DNA of 62,369 nt from Bacteroidia bacterium (GCA_044339595.1 JBIIVF010000002.1:1-62369); one strand, 5' to 3'. Positions 29,714 to 39,871 are shown, numbered from the stretch's first letter. A program made the numbers and translations. The notes: generated by a model from the sequence alone, not told the origin.

Positions 29714-31861
29714 ATGCTGCGCGCATTTATTTTAGCAATCATATTGATGACGGGGATTTCTTCGCAATCTGTGAAGGCGCAAGCCCCTACTACGGCTGCT
29801 AAGAATATTGTTTTTAATACCGTTTATTGTCAACAACTCAATTTTAGCTGGACCAACGGAAATGGAGCTGTACGTTTAGTTTTGGCGAGAAAGGCAAATA
29901 CAATCAACGCGTTTCCGGTTGATAATCAATTTTATACCGGTCGTGATTCTTTTGGATTAGGGTCTAAATTGGGGTCGGATGTTTTTGTGGTATACCGTGG
30001 AACCGGCAATTCTGCTACGGTGCGAAATCTAGAATCGAATACTACGTATTATTTTGCAGTCATAGAGTACAACTTTGCAGGTTCAAATTTTTATTATCTC
30101 AACACACCATATCCTGAGGCAAGTGTTACAACGGAGAATCTCATTGCAGACTTCAATATTGTCGATGATTATCAGTGTTTACAGGGTAATAATTTCTCTT
30201 TTACCAACACCTCTTCGAATACTTTGAGCCTCTCAATGACCTATCTTTGGGATTTTGGGAATATGACCACCAGCACGGCTACAAGCCCATCCTATACCTA
30301 TAGTAAAGGGGGTGTTTACAATGTGAAGCTGGAAGTTTTGGCCACGGGTTGCTATTCAAAAATCATTCGGCAAGACACAGTAGTGATTCCGGCAATAACA
30401 GACTTCATTCTTGATCCACTGCCGGGAAATGATTCTATTCAGTGTTTGTTAGGGAATTTTTACAAATTTAAAAATACGACCGTTGTGCCTCCTGTAGGTG
30501 GTACGAGCTATGATGAAACCACATTCAATTGGACTTATGGCGACAATTCTTCGTCTTCCGGATACAATGCGCAAAAGAAATATACCTATGATGGGTTGTT
30601 TGAGGTGAAACTCGTGACAAAAAGAAGGATTTCGCCTAATTCAACGCGTGAATATTGCTTTGACTCAACTTCCAAATATTACCGCGTACTTACTCCTCCG
30701 CTCAGTGCCGGTAAAATAGTCCTCAGCGACACGGCGCTTTGTTTGACAGGAAACGTGTTTAATTTCTCTCATACCGCGCCGGATATTACAACCAGTTGGT
30801 GGAAATTTGGAAACAATGATTCACTTCAGGGTAATCCGGTTAATTATAGCTATTCTGCTGCAGGTAAATACTACATTACTTTGAATGTAGTGGATAGTAA
30901 AGGTTGCCGCGATGTCGGTTTCGACAGTGTAAAGATATATACTCAACCCAATAACTATTTTACAGGATTAAAGGCGGCTTATTGCCAAGGAGAACCCTCG
31001 GTCAAATTAATTCCTAACCTTCCGGGAGGCACATTCTCTGGAAATGGCGTCAATAGCCTTGATTCCACTTTTACCCCAAACGTGTTGGGAACGTATGAAG
31101 TGTATTACATTTACAAACAGGGAGATTGTATAGATTCTGCCCGAGTTAGCGTGACGGTCAATCCTAAACCCTTTTTTAGTTTGGGCAATGATACCATACT
31201 ATGTGTTGGAGATGCCATTAACTATGACATTGGTATTACTGGTATTGGTTATCTGTGGAGCAATGGGCAAAATACCCAAATGGCATCTGCAAGTAACGGT
31301 GGTATCTTTTGGGGTGATGCCAACGATGGGAAATGCACCTTCAGAGATTCTGTAAATATTCGTCAGATAAAGCCTCCTTCTTTCAATCTGGGCAATGATA
31401 CCAGTTTATGCGGCGGGTATACGGTGAAACTCAATGTGACTTCTGATTTGGCAGTTTACAGCTGGAATGATGGGAACACCGATCCTGAACGAACCATTTC
31501 GCAAAGTGGAATTTATAAGGTAAACGTAACCAATGCTTGCGGTTCCTTAAGGGATTCTATCGATGTTTATATCGAGCCTTATGCATGTACCATTTTTATT
31601 GTAAATGCTATTTCTCCCAATCAGGATGGTCAAAACGAACGATTTATTCCCCTTGGAAATTATAATCTCATCAACATTCGCATTTACGACCGTTGGGGAC
31701 GAAAGATTTATGATTCTCCTTCCACAGACGGTTGGGATGGTAAAGATGAAGGAGAAATAGTACCTATCGGCACTTACTTTTATATTGTGGAATATACCAT
31801 CGCTGAAGGAAATACCTATGCTTTAAAGCAAGCAGCCGGTCCTTTGCACGTCTTATATTAA
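29714..31861 (+). CDS. Secreted multi-PKD-domain protein with T9SS type B (gliding-motility-associated, CHU_C) C-terminal sorting domain
   Basis: Signal peptide ending VKAQA. Repeated WDFGN/W.FGN..S PKD signatures. The C-terminus NAISPNQDGQNERF...IYDRWGRKIY...WDGK...GTYFYIVEY matches the type B CTD pattern. The track ORF starts at 29651. Confidence 0.8.
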   Translation: MLRAFILAIILMTGISSQSVKAQAPTTAAKNIVFNTVYCQQLNFSWTNGNGAVRLVLARKANTINAFPVDNQFYTGRDSFGLGSKLGSDVFVVYRGTGNSATVRNLESNTTYYFAVIEYNFAGSNFYYLNTPYPEASVTTENLIADFNIVDDYQCLQGNNFSFTNTSSNTLSLSMTYLWDFGNMTTSTATSPSYTYSKGGVYNVKLEVLATGCYSKIIRQDTVVIPAITDFILDPLPGNDSIQCLLGNFYKFKNTTVVPPVGGTSYDETTFNWTYGDNSSSSGYNAQKKYTYDGLFEVKLVTKRRISPNSTREYCFDSTSKYYRVLTPPLSAGKIVLSDTALCLTGNVFNFSHTAPDITTSWWKFGNNDSLQGNPVNYSYSAAGKYYITLNVVDSKGCRDVGFDSVKIYTQPNNYFTGLKAAYCQGEPSVKLIPNLPGGTFSGNGVNSLDSTFTPNVLGTYEVYYIYKQGDCIDSARVSVTVNPKPFFSLGNDTILCVGDAINYDIGITGIGYLWSNGQNTQMASASNGGIFWGDANDGKCTFRDSVNIRQIKPPSFNLGNDTSLCGGYTVKLNVTSDLAVYSWNDGNTDPERTISQSGIYKVNVTNACGSLRDSIDVYIEPYACTIFIVNAISPNQDGQNERFIPLGNYNLINIRIYDRWGRKIYDSPSTDGWDGKDEGEIVPIGTYFYIVEYTIAEGNTYALKQAAGPLHVLY

Positions 31862-31885
31862 TTCAAGATAATTATTTTTCTGATT

Positions 31886-32614
31886 TTAAAATTTTCGGTT
31901 GATTCCAAGCCATAAACCCAAGGCTCCGTGATTTACCGAAGGATTGTCTCCGGCTGTGGCCATGAGCGGAATTTTAATCTCAGGCTGAACAGATACAGCC
32001 ATTGATTTTTCCATTTTAAATTCAAATCGTGCTCCTAGATTCAATTGCATTTTGTATTCGGCACCATCCCAGCCGGTCTTGTCAATATCAAAGGATTGTT
32101 CCCCGTAGGCAGAAAAGCCTTTGAGATCAACATGCATAAAATGTTTCATCAGAAGCTGATTTTGAACGCCAATCAAAACATAAGGGGTGTAAAATGATGT
32201 TCCTTTTTGAACGTGAATCTGATACATGAAATTAAGTGGAATTTCAATGTAGTCAAAATTGTATTTGTAGATCACCGTTTTTGTCGCAGCCTGAGACAAA
32301 TCTTCGATGCGACCAATCTCAGTATGAATGGTATCATGAAACTCTAGTCCAGTTCGCTCAAATCGAGAGCTGTTTCTGGCATAACCAATTCCGGTTTGGA
32401 ATTTCCAGTTTCTCCCGGCTTTCAGGTTTACCCGAATCCCACCTTGAAAAGTAGTTCTCAGGGCAGCGATATTTTTCATGGAATCACCCAATTGATGCGG
32501 GTCGGTTCGGATAAAATGATAATTGAACAGAGGTCCTAAACCGGCTTCAATGGTTTGTTGTGCGCTGCATACAAAGGTTCCAAGGGTTATGAGCAGTAAG
32601 CAAGTATATTTCAT
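31886..32614 (-). CDS. Outer-membrane beta-barrel (porin-family) protein
   Basis: Signal peptide, alternating hydrophobic beta-strand pattern, and C-terminal aromatic residue (…GINRKF). Confidence 0.7.
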   Translation of the reverse strand: MKYTCLLLITLGTFVCSAQQTIEAGLGPLFNYHFIRTDPHQLGDSMKNIAALRTTFQGGIRVNLKAGRNWKFQTGIGYARNSSRFERTGLEFHDTIHTEIGRIEDLSQAATKTVIYKYNFDYIEIPLNFMYQIHVQKGTSFYTPYVLIGVQNQLLMKHFMHVDLKGFSAYGEQSFDIDKTGWDGAEYKMQLNLGARFEFKMEKSMAVSVQPEIKIPLMATAGDNPSVNHGALGLWLGINRKF

Positions 32615-32617
32615 GAA

Positions 32618-33985
32618 TCAGGAATTATTTTTTGAATTAACGATTAATTTTTTGAAGCGCAAAGAAAGGAAAATGGCTGAGCAGAATAATCCTGCCGTGA
32701 GTCCATACCAAATGCCATAAATGCCCAATTCTTTCTCAAAAGCCAGCCAATACCCCAAAGGAATGCTGATACCCCAATAGGCTATCAGGGTGAAAACCAA
32801 GGGCACTTTCACGTCGCGCATGCCTCTTAATACTCCCAATGCCACTCCTTGCACCCCATCGAATATTTGGTAGACTGCCGCTATGAGCAAAATGCCTGTG
32901 GTGAACTCAACTACCAACCATTCATCAGAAAAAGACTTCGCCAGGCCTGATCGAAAAATACCGAAAGCCAGGCTGAAAATGATCATAATGACCGTAATTA
33001 AACCCAGTGCAGTAATTCCGGCAGATTCTGTCTTTGGCAAATTTCGCTTCGAAAATGCATTGCCAATGATGATCGAAGAGGCTGTTGAAATACCCAATGC
33101 GAACATATAGGTAAGCGATGAAAGGGTAATGCCTATTTGATGAGCGGCCAATTCTTTTGCCCCTAGCCAGCCGGCCATAATTCCTGCCAACGCAAATGCA
33201 GCCACCTCAAAGAAATATTGGAAACCACTGGGAACACCCAATTTCAAAATTTGACGCAAATGCAACCACTTTCCAAAGGGCAAAACAGAAAGACTTTTAT
33301 ATTGATTACCCGGAATGGATAGATTCTTGTTCATATAAATGGTAATGGTAACCGCCATAAATATTCGGCTGATCAAAGTAGCATATCCTGCTCCAAGCAA
33401 ACCCATGGGCTGAACGCCATGTCCAAATATAAAGATCCAATTAAGTATGATATTGAGCAGGAGTGCCGCAAAAGTGATGACCATCGGTGCACTTGTTTTT
33501 TGATATCCGTCGCATAAATTCTTACTCGCCATAAACCACAGGTTTGGGAATGATGAAATGGCCACCACAAGAAAATAGGGCTTTGCCTCATTTTCTACTG
33601 CGGTTTCTTGATCAAGCAAATCGAAATTAAAATAAACAAGCATTAAAATTCCAAATGTAATAATGCCCAGCATCTGACTGAGCCATTGGGTTTCCTGCTG
33701 CAAAGATCGAAGGGTGTGCTTGCTGCCGGGATGCATCTTCTCAGCAACAATCGTGGGCACCACCATCAACACTCCCATAGAAAATATGGTGACCAGAAAA
33801 AACACACTGTTGGTGATTCCGGCAGCTGCCAAAGAAACATATCCAACTTTGCTCACCATAATATTGTCAGCAAACCCCATCAATACCCATCCGATTTGTC
33901 CTGAAATAATAGGAATGCTCAAACGAATAAGAGAGCGTAAATGCGATTTGTAAATGCGACTGAGCATGGGCTGCAAATTTATCAT
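32618..33985 (-). CDS. MATE-family multidrug/toxin efflux transporter
   Basis: 455 aa with about 12 TM helices. N-terminal PIISGQIGWVLMGFADNIMV resembles the NorM-type signature. Confidence 0.9.
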   Translation of the reverse strand: MINLQPMLSRIYKSHLRSLIRLSIPIISGQIGWVLMGFADNIMVSKVGYVSLAAAGITNSVFFLVTIFSMGVLMVVPTIVAEKMHPGSKHTLRSLQQETQWLSQMLGIITFGILMLVYFNFDLLDQETAVENEAKPYFLVVAISSFPNLWFMASKNLCDGYQKTSAPMVITFAALLLNIILNWIFIFGHGVQPMGLLGAGYATLISRIFMAVTITIYMNKNLSIPGNQYKSLSVLPFGKWLHLRQILKLGVPSGFQYFFEVAAFALAGIMAGWLGAKELAAHQIGITLSSLTYMFALGISTASSIIIGNAFSKRNLPKTESAGITALGLITVIMIIFSLAFGIFRSGLAKSFSDEWLVVEFTTGILLIAAVYQIFDGVQGVALGVLRGMRDVKVPLVFTLIAYWGISIPLGYWLAFEKELGIYGIWYGLTAGLFCSAIFLSLRFKKLIVNSKNNS

Positions 33986-34016
33986 ATTGTGCTATCTTCG
34001 ATGAGTTTATATTGTC

Positions 34017-34760
34017 ATGAAAATGCGATTGGTTTTTTTTACCGGATCAGGAATTAGCGCGGAAAGCGGTATACCTACTTTCAGAGGGGCGGATGGTTTG
34101 TGGGAAGGGCATAGGGTAGAGGATGTGGCTTCACCGGAAGCTTGGATGAAAGATCCTCAACTTGTTACACAGTTTTATAACGAAAGAAGAAAAAATTGTT
34201 TGATGAGCCAACCCAATGAAGCACACCTAATCATCAGTCGTTTGGCGCGAGATTGCGAAGTGCAGGTAATTACGCAAAATGTAGATGATTTGCACGAAAG
34301 AGCCGGCAGTAAAAATGTTTTGCACTTGCATGGAGAACTCATGAAAATGAGAAGTCAGGCGGATGACCTCGAAATTAAAACTGCTCAAGAAATTTTTGGT
34401 TCACCTTCAGCAAATCTTGAGGTTCCTTGTCCGAATGGAATGCCATGGAGACCACATATCGTATGGTTTGGGGAGGAAGTTCCGATGATGAATGAAGCCA
34501 TGCGAATCGTTTCTGAAGCAGATTGTTTGGTAATTATTGGCACTTCGTTGGTCGTTTATCCTGCCGCTTCATTGATCCATTTTGTGCAGAAGGATGTACC
34601 CGTTTTTATAATTGATCCCAATGCTGCTGAACTCATGCTCCCATCGAATTTTCAGATTTTTGATACCGGTGCTTCGGAGGGGATGCAATACTTTTATGAT
34701 TGGCTTAAGAAATCAAACATCGAATTTACAAGCGAAGAAGATTGGAATGAAAATGAGTAA
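34017..34760 (+). CDS. cobB: Sir2-family NAD-dependent protein deacylase (short, apparently without Cys4 zinc ribbon)
   Basis: GSGISAESGIPTFRG, TQNVDDLHERAG, catalytic LHG, IIGTSLVVYPA. Between LHG and VWFGE there is only one Cys (VPCPNG). Confidence 0.85.
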   Translation: MKMRLVFFTGSGISAESGIPTFRGADGLWEGHRVEDVASPEAWMKDPQLVTQFYNERRKNCLMSQPNEAHLIISRLARDCEVQVITQNVDDLHERAGSKNVLHLHGELMKMRSQADDLEIKTAQEIFGSPSANLEVPCPNGMPWRPHIVWFGEEVPMMNEAMRIVSEADCLVIIGTSLVVYPAASLIHFVQKDVPVFIIDPNAAELMLPSNFQIFDTGASEGMQYFYDWLKKSNIEFTSEEDWNENE

Positions 34761-34822
34761 AAAGATTTTTTAAAATTAGACAAATGTCTTAAATTTGAAG
34801 TCAATTGTTTTTCGTATTAAAA

Positions 34823-35326
34823 ATGAGCCCCAACAAATCAAACATATCATACCTTCTTGATGAACAAATAAACAGCTTATTAAATGAAGCATCGTCTCCT
34901 TATTTTTCCCTAAAAGGGAGGGCATCCATCACCTTCAATGAGTTTCTTTCAGATCGTATGTTATTGATATCTGTTATTAAAGCGGGCATCCCTTATAAAT
35001 TGTTTGAGCTCATTCAAAATATCACACCATTCTCGGAATTTGATTGGGCAAAATATCTCAACATTTCTGCCAAATCGCTTCAGAGATATAAGGCGGCCAA
35101 CAATTTCCATTTTAAATCCATTCACTCAGAAAAAATCCTTGAAATGGCAGAAGTTACTCAATATGGCCTTCAGGTTTTTGGCCAGTTAGAAAAATTTAAC
35201 CTTTGGCTCAATACGCCCAATTTTGCCTTGGCCAATTATAAACCCATTGATTTGCTCTCTGATTCATACGGCAAAGAGCTCGTTATCACAGAGCTTTCGC
35301 ATATCAATCAGGGTATTTTTTCATAA
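34823..35326 (+). CDS. Xre/MbcA/ParS-type antitoxin (DUF2384 toxin-binding domain)
   Basis: The C-terminal half LNISAKSLQRYK...EKILEMAEVTQYGLQVFG..EKFNLWLNTPNFALANYKPIDLL is the DUF2384 pattern. TAATG overlap with the RES gene. The track ORF starts at TTG 34805. Confidence 0.8.
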   Translation: MSPNKSNISYLLDEQINSLLNEASSPYFSLKGRASITFNEFLSDRMLLISVIKAGIPYKLFELIQNITPFSEFDWAKYLNISAKSLQRYKAANNFHFKSIHSEKILEMAEVTQYGLQVFGQLEKFNLWLNTPNFALANYKPIDLLSDSYGKELVITELSHINQGIFS

Positions 35327-35784
35327 TGGAAGTATTTAGGCTTTCTAGAGCTGCATTTGCGCAGGATTTATCCGGCAAAGGGGCTGCTTTAAGAGGTGCA
35401 CGATGGAATTCGAAAGGGGTTGAACTCATTTATACCGCCATGAACCGATCGTTGGCCATGGCTGAAGTTGCGGTACACCTTTCTTTGGCAACCCTTCCGG
35501 ACGATTATCAAATGATTACGATAACCCTTCCGGAAGATGTGACCATCGATGAAGTTGATTTAAACGAATTACCTTCAGATTGGAACGTGTTCCCACATCC
35601 GATTTCTACGCAAAAAATTGGAGATCAATTTGTTAGAGAAGGTAAATATGGTGTTTTGAAGATTCCGTCTTCTGTTACCAAAGGTGATTTTAATATCCTC
35701 ATTAATCCAAACCACCCTGATTTTAAAAGAATTGTCATACAATCGATAGAACCGTTTCCCTTTGATCGACGCATATTCAGATAA
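35326..35784 (+). CDS. RES-domain toxin (NAD+-targeting MbcT/ParT family)
   Basis: 152 aa. GARWNSKG (R), LAMAEVAVH (E), LKIPSS (S). Confidence 0.85.
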   Translation: MEVFRLSRAAFAQDLSGKGAALRGARWNSKGVELIYTAMNRSLAMAEVAVHLSLATLPDDYQMITITLPEDVTIDEVDLNELPSDWNVFPHPISTQKIGDQFVREGKYGVLKIPSSVTKGDFNILINPNHPDFKRIVIQSIEPFPFDRRIFR

Positions 35785-35797
35785 AACAGTTTATCCT

Positions 35798-36742
35798 TTA
35801 TTTCAGCAACCCGATTTCTCTCAGTCTTTCTTCCAGAAATTCACCGGCAGATATAGGTGAATAGGCTGCAGGTCTATCTTCAGATATGCATGACTCAAGA
35901 CAATCGAGCCTTACTTCTGATCTGGGATGCAGAAAGAAAGGAATGCTGTATCTGGGCTCTGACCATTTTTCTTTGGGTGGATTAACTACTCTGTGCGTAG
36001 TAGATTTAAAAACATTGTTCGTGAGACGCTCGAGCATATCTCCAACATTCACCACCACATGATCCGGAAGGGCCGTAACTGCGACCCAATTTCCTTTTTT
36101 ATCTAAAATTTCAAGCCCTTCGCTGCTGGCACCCATCAATAAGGTGATGAGGTTAATATCTTCATGTGCACCTGCCCGTACAGCAGAATCTGGATCTGAT
36201 AGAATAGGCGCATAATGAATTGGGCGCAATATGCTGTTCCCGTTTTTTATTTTTTGATCGAAATAATCTTCCTCCAAGCCAAGATACAATGCCATGGCTC
36301 TCAGCATATATTGTCCTGTTTTTTCAAGTGCCCGGTAAGCATCCATCGCCGCTTCATAGAACTGAGGAGCTTCATCCACTTTCATATTGATAGGGTATCC
36401 GAATAAAGCCGGATCTTCATCTACTATTTCTTGTCCAAAGTGGTAGAATTCTTTTAAATCTCCTTTAGCGCTGTTTTTCGCATGTTCTTTGCCAAATGAA
36501 GTGTATCCTCGCTGACCGGCCAATCCTTCAATTTGGTATTTTCTTTTTATGTCTTCCTCAAGATCGAAAAACTCTTTCGTAAAACGATATAAATCTGCGG
36601 ATGTTTTTTCATCTAAAAAATGATTTTTAACGGCCGCGAATCCAATTTCGGCATAAGCACTTCCAAGTTGTTGTACAAACAAATCTTTTTGTTCAGAGGT
36701 GCCGTTTAGAAAAAGATTTAAATCGAGGGATGGGATATTCAT
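35798..36742 (-). CDS. 2-oxoglutarate/Fe(II)-dependent oxygenase (isopenicillin N synthase-like family)
   Basis: HEDINLITLL (HxD) and STTHRV (distal His, Arg). Confidence 0.8.
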   Translation of the reverse strand: MNIPSLDLNLFLNGTSEQKDLFVQQLGSAYAEIGFAAVKNHFLDEKTSADLYRFTKEFFDLEEDIKRKYQIEGLAGQRGYTSFGKEHAKNSAKGDLKEFYHFGQEIVDEDPALFGYPINMKVDEAPQFYEAAMDAYRALEKTGQYMLRAMALYLGLEEDYFDQKIKNGNSILRPIHYAPILSDPDSAVRAGAHEDINLITLLMGASSEGLEILDKKGNWVAVTALPDHVVVNVGDMLERLTNNVFKSTTHRVVNPPKEKWSEPRYSIPFFLHPRSEVRLDCLESCISEDRPAAYSPISAGEFLEERLREIGLLK

Positions 36743-36786
36743 AAGGCGATGTTTTAAACGGTAAACCTAATTAATTTCTGACATTA

Positions 36787-38076
36787 TTATTTTACGGATA
36801 GCAGTAAATAGCGCGCTTTGAGCAAACTTTCTTCATATTCCTGCAGTGGGTCAGAGTCAATGGTGATCGCACCCCCTGCCATCACAGACAAGTAATCTGT
36901 TTTTCGGTTATAGACAAAACTCCTGATGACCACATTGAAATCGAAGTCTCCATTCGGGGAGATATATCCAAAAGCACCTGAATACCAACCTCGAGCATTT
37001 TCTTCTAACTCGTCTATCAATTTCATCGCAGCTATTTTGGGAGCTCCGGTCATACTGCCCATGGGGAATGCATTTTTTAAGGATTGGAGCAATGTCAAAT
37101 GCTCATTTTCAATACCCTCGATGGTCGAAATCAATTGATGAACCCTCGGAAATGAATAAATCCCAAAGAGCTCTTTAACCTGGATACTGCCTGTTAAACA
37201 GCTTCTGGCAAAATCGTTTCGCACGAGATCTACAATCATCACATTTTCGGCTTTTTCCTTTTCTGAAGTGCTCAACTTTTGCTTCTCAGCGGCATCTTCT
37301 TCAGGGTCATCTCTGCGCGGTGCAGTTCCTTTGATGGGCTGTGATATCAAACGCTGTCCTCTTCTTTGAAGAAACCGTTCCGGACTGCAACCTATTAAAT
37401 TCCAATCATTTAAGCAGAAGTAAGCTGCAAATGGAGCAGGACTTTCATGTCGAATTTTTTCAAACAATCGGATTGGGGTTTTCAAATTGGCCGGACATGC
37501 ATGAAATTCGTGACAATAATTAAGTTCATAAACATTTCCTTCCAGAATCTGCTCTTTGATACTTTCCACTTTTTCTACGTACCGATCTCTATCAACATTA
37601 TGAACAAACAAGGGCTCTTCTGAAAAAGCGGAATTAGGTCGATGGCGCGGAATCTCCAAAAAACGGTTTAAATCCTGAACATCCCAACTATGACTCATCC
37701 AAAAAATTTCGCCTGCATTATTGACAATAATGAGATGTTCCGGAACAAAAAATGCAGCCGGAGGGGTTTGAGTCGGGTGCGGATTTTGACTTTTTAAATC
37801 TTCCAGACTGTTTTTTAGGTCGTACGAAAATATGCCAAAAATCCAATCTTCATGGGCTTTATGAAATGCCATGATCTCCTCAAAAGCATTTTGTTCATTC
37901 GGTATGATTTCGGCATGCTTGCCCCAGGCAATCAACATCTGATATTGTTGAATGCTGGCTGCAGAAGGCATATCGCAACTATCACAAATGGCCACATGGG
38001 TTTCTGATGCCAAGAACGGAATTAGCCAAGATCTTAGCTCCTTCACGGTTAAGTTAAGATGCTCAATCTTGCGCAT
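36787..38076 (-). CDS. pabB: Chorismate-utilising enzyme, probably aminodeoxychorismate synthase component I
   Basis: SPERFL, PIKGTAPR, FPMGSMTGAPK and GGAITIDSDP motifs. The subfamily call (PabB versus TrpE) is an inference from size and the absence of trp neighbours. Start ATG 38076 was chosen and overlaps the uvrC 3' end by 14 nt. The track ORF starts at 38124. Confidence 0.65.
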   Translation of the reverse strand: MRKIEHLNLTVKELRSWLIPFLASETHVAICDSCDMPSAASIQQYQMLIAWGKHAEIIPNEQNAFEEIMAFHKAHEDWIFGIFSYDLKNSLEDLKSQNPHPTQTPPAAFFVPEHLIIVNNAGEIFWMSHSWDVQDLNRFLEIPRHRPNSAFSEEPLFVHNVDRDRYVEKVESIKEQILEGNVYELNYCHEFHACPANLKTPIRLFEKIRHESPAPFAAYFCLNDWNLIGCSPERFLQRRGQRLISQPIKGTAPRRDDPEEDAAEKQKLSTSEKEKAENVMIVDLVRNDFARSCLTGSIQVKELFGIYSFPRVHQLISTIEGIENEHLTLLQSLKNAFPMGSMTGAPKIAAMKLIDELEENARGWYSGAFGYISPNGDFDFNVVIRSFVYNRKTDYLSVMAGGAITIDSDPLQEYEESLLKARYLLLSVK

Positions 38077-39871
38077 GGTGAGCGTGGTAATGATTAAATA
38101 CGATTGCTGCCCGCGCATTGCCAATGGCCAATGACAATTCTTCCATACCGGCTTCTCTGATTTTTTTAAGGCTCTTAAACTTTCGCAACAGCAATTGTAT
38201 GGATTCTTCGCCTATGCCAGGAATAGCCTCTAATTCTGAGGATAGTCCACCTTTGTTTCTGCGTTTACGGTGATGGGTGATGCCAAAGCGATGCGCCTCG
38301 TCGCGCATTTGTTGGATTATTTTTAAAGTCTCCGATTTTTTATCGAGATGCAACGGCACAGGATCTTCCGGATAAAATAATTCTTCCAGTTTCTTAGCAA
38401 TTCCAATGACGGCAACTTTTCCATAAATGCCAACTTCTTTCATGGCATCTACTGCTGCGGAAAGTTGTCCTTTTCCTCCATCCACTACAATCAATTGAGG
38501 AAGCGGTTCTTGTTCCTGCAGAACTTTGCTGTATCTGCGCGATATAACTTCCCGCATGGTGGCAAAATCATCCGGTCCGATGACCGTTTTTACATTAAAA
38601 TGTCGGTAGTCTTTTTTAGCCGGCTTACCATCCTTAAAAACCACACAGGCAGAAACGGCATAATCACCATGAAAATTAGAATTGTCGAAACACTCTATAT
38701 GGGCAGGTAACTCAGTTAATCTAAGATCTTGTTTCATTTGTGTAAGCAAGCGCTCTACCCTAAATTCAGGATTGAGTTTTTCGTATTGACTGATGCGATC
38801 TTTTCGGAATAGCATCGCATTTTTTTTACTCAATTCGAGCAATTTGAGTTTCTCTCCGCCTTTAGGCACGGTAATTTTGAAATTTCCGGGTGAGAATTCA
38901 GGATAAAACGGCAACACCACTTCATCTATATCTGTGCCATAAAGATGGTGAATTTCAGACATGGCGAATTGTAGAATTTCCTCCGGTTGTTCATCCAGTA
39001 TCTTTTTACATTCAATGGTGCGCGTTTGAATGACCATGCCATCTACCACCCTAAGGAAATTTACAAATGCAAACTTGTTGTCAGTATCTAGATTAAATAC
39101 ATCGATATTTCCGGAGAGATGATTCGCAACGACACTGTTGCTTCTGAATTTTTCGAGCAATTCAATTTTATCCTTGAATTGGGCGGCTTCTTCAAATCTG
39201 AATGCTTCAGCGGCTTCCAACATTTCTGCTTTCAGATGATTCTTTACTTCTCCCAGTTTACCTCGTAAGACGTACTTTATATTCTGTATACTTTCAAGAT
39301 AATCTGCTTCAGTTTGCTTGTCCTCACAAGGACCTTTGCAGTTTCCTAAATGATATTCGAGACAGACTGCGAATTTGCCGCTATCTATATTTTTTTTAGT
39401 TAAGGCAAGATTGCAATTTCTGATCGGATAGAGTTGCTTTACAAAGTCGAGCACAAAATGCATGGCTCTTACGGATGCATAGGGTCCGAAATAATCTGAA
39501 CCATCTGCAACCGGTTGTCTGGTCGGGAATACCTTCGGGAATCGCTCTTTAGTGATGCGGATGAGCGGATAGGTTTTATCGTCTTTCAGGTTTATATTAT
39601 ACCTGGGCTGAAATTCCTTGATCAGATTATTTTCGAGCAAAAGTGCTTCGGTTTCAGAATCAACCACCGTAAACTCGATATGTCGAATTTTTGATACCAA
39701 CACCCGGGTTTTCCCGTTGTCGTGTTGCTTTGAGAAATAGCTACTGACGCGTTTTTTTAAATTTTTCGCCTTGCCAACATACAAGATGCGCTGCTCATCA
39801 TCAAAGTATTTATACACCCCCGGCAAATCAGGAAGCCGGGTAATGAAATCTTTCATTTCAGCATCTTTCAT
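38063..39871 (-). CDS. uvrC: Excinuclease ABC subunit C
   Basis: GIY-YIG domain (PGVYKYFD..ILYVGKAKNLKKRVSSYF), a UvrB-interaction region and a C-terminal HhH (IPGIGEESIQLLLRKF). The track ORF starts at TTG 39895; ATG 39871 avoids overlap with the upstream gene. Confidence 0.95.
   Translation of the reverse strand: MKDAEMKDFITRLPDLPGVYKYFDDEQRILYVGKAKNLKKRVSSYFSKQHDNGKTRVLVSKIRHIEFTVVDSETEALLLENNLIKEFQPRYNINLKDDKTYPLIRITKERFPKVFPTRQPVADGSDYFGPYASVRAMHFVLDFVKQLYPIRNCNLALTKKNIDSGKFAVCLEYHLGNCKGPCEDKQTEADYLESIQNIKYVLRGKLGEVKNHLKAEMLEAAEAFRFEEAAQFKDKIELLEKFRSNSVVANHLSGNIDVFNLDTDNKFAFVNFLRVVDGMVIQTRTIECKKILDEQPEEILQFAMSEIHHLYGTDIDEVVLPFYPEFSPGNFKITVPKGGEKLKLLELSKKNAMLFRKDRISQYEKLNPEFRVERLLTQMKQDLRLTELPAHIECFDNSNFHGDYAVSACVVFKDGKPAKKDYRHFNVKTVIGPDDFATMREVISRRYSKVLQEQEPLPQLIVVDGGKGQLSAAVDAMKEVGIYGKVAVIGIAKKLEELFYPEDPVPLHLDKKSETLKIIQQMRDEAHRFGITHHRKRRNKGGLSSELEAIPGIGEESIQLLLRKFKSLKKIREAGMEELSLAIGNARAAIVFNHYHAHHAQD

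Noticed and set aside
34017-34760. Sir2 as a stand-alone anti-phage NADase effector (Thoeris/DSR-like).
   Set aside because: It is short (247 aa) with full deacylase catalytic motifs and no fused sensor, TM, HerA or TIR partner. This is most simply housekeeping CobB. Only the adjacency to Xre-RES is reported, as a hypothesis.
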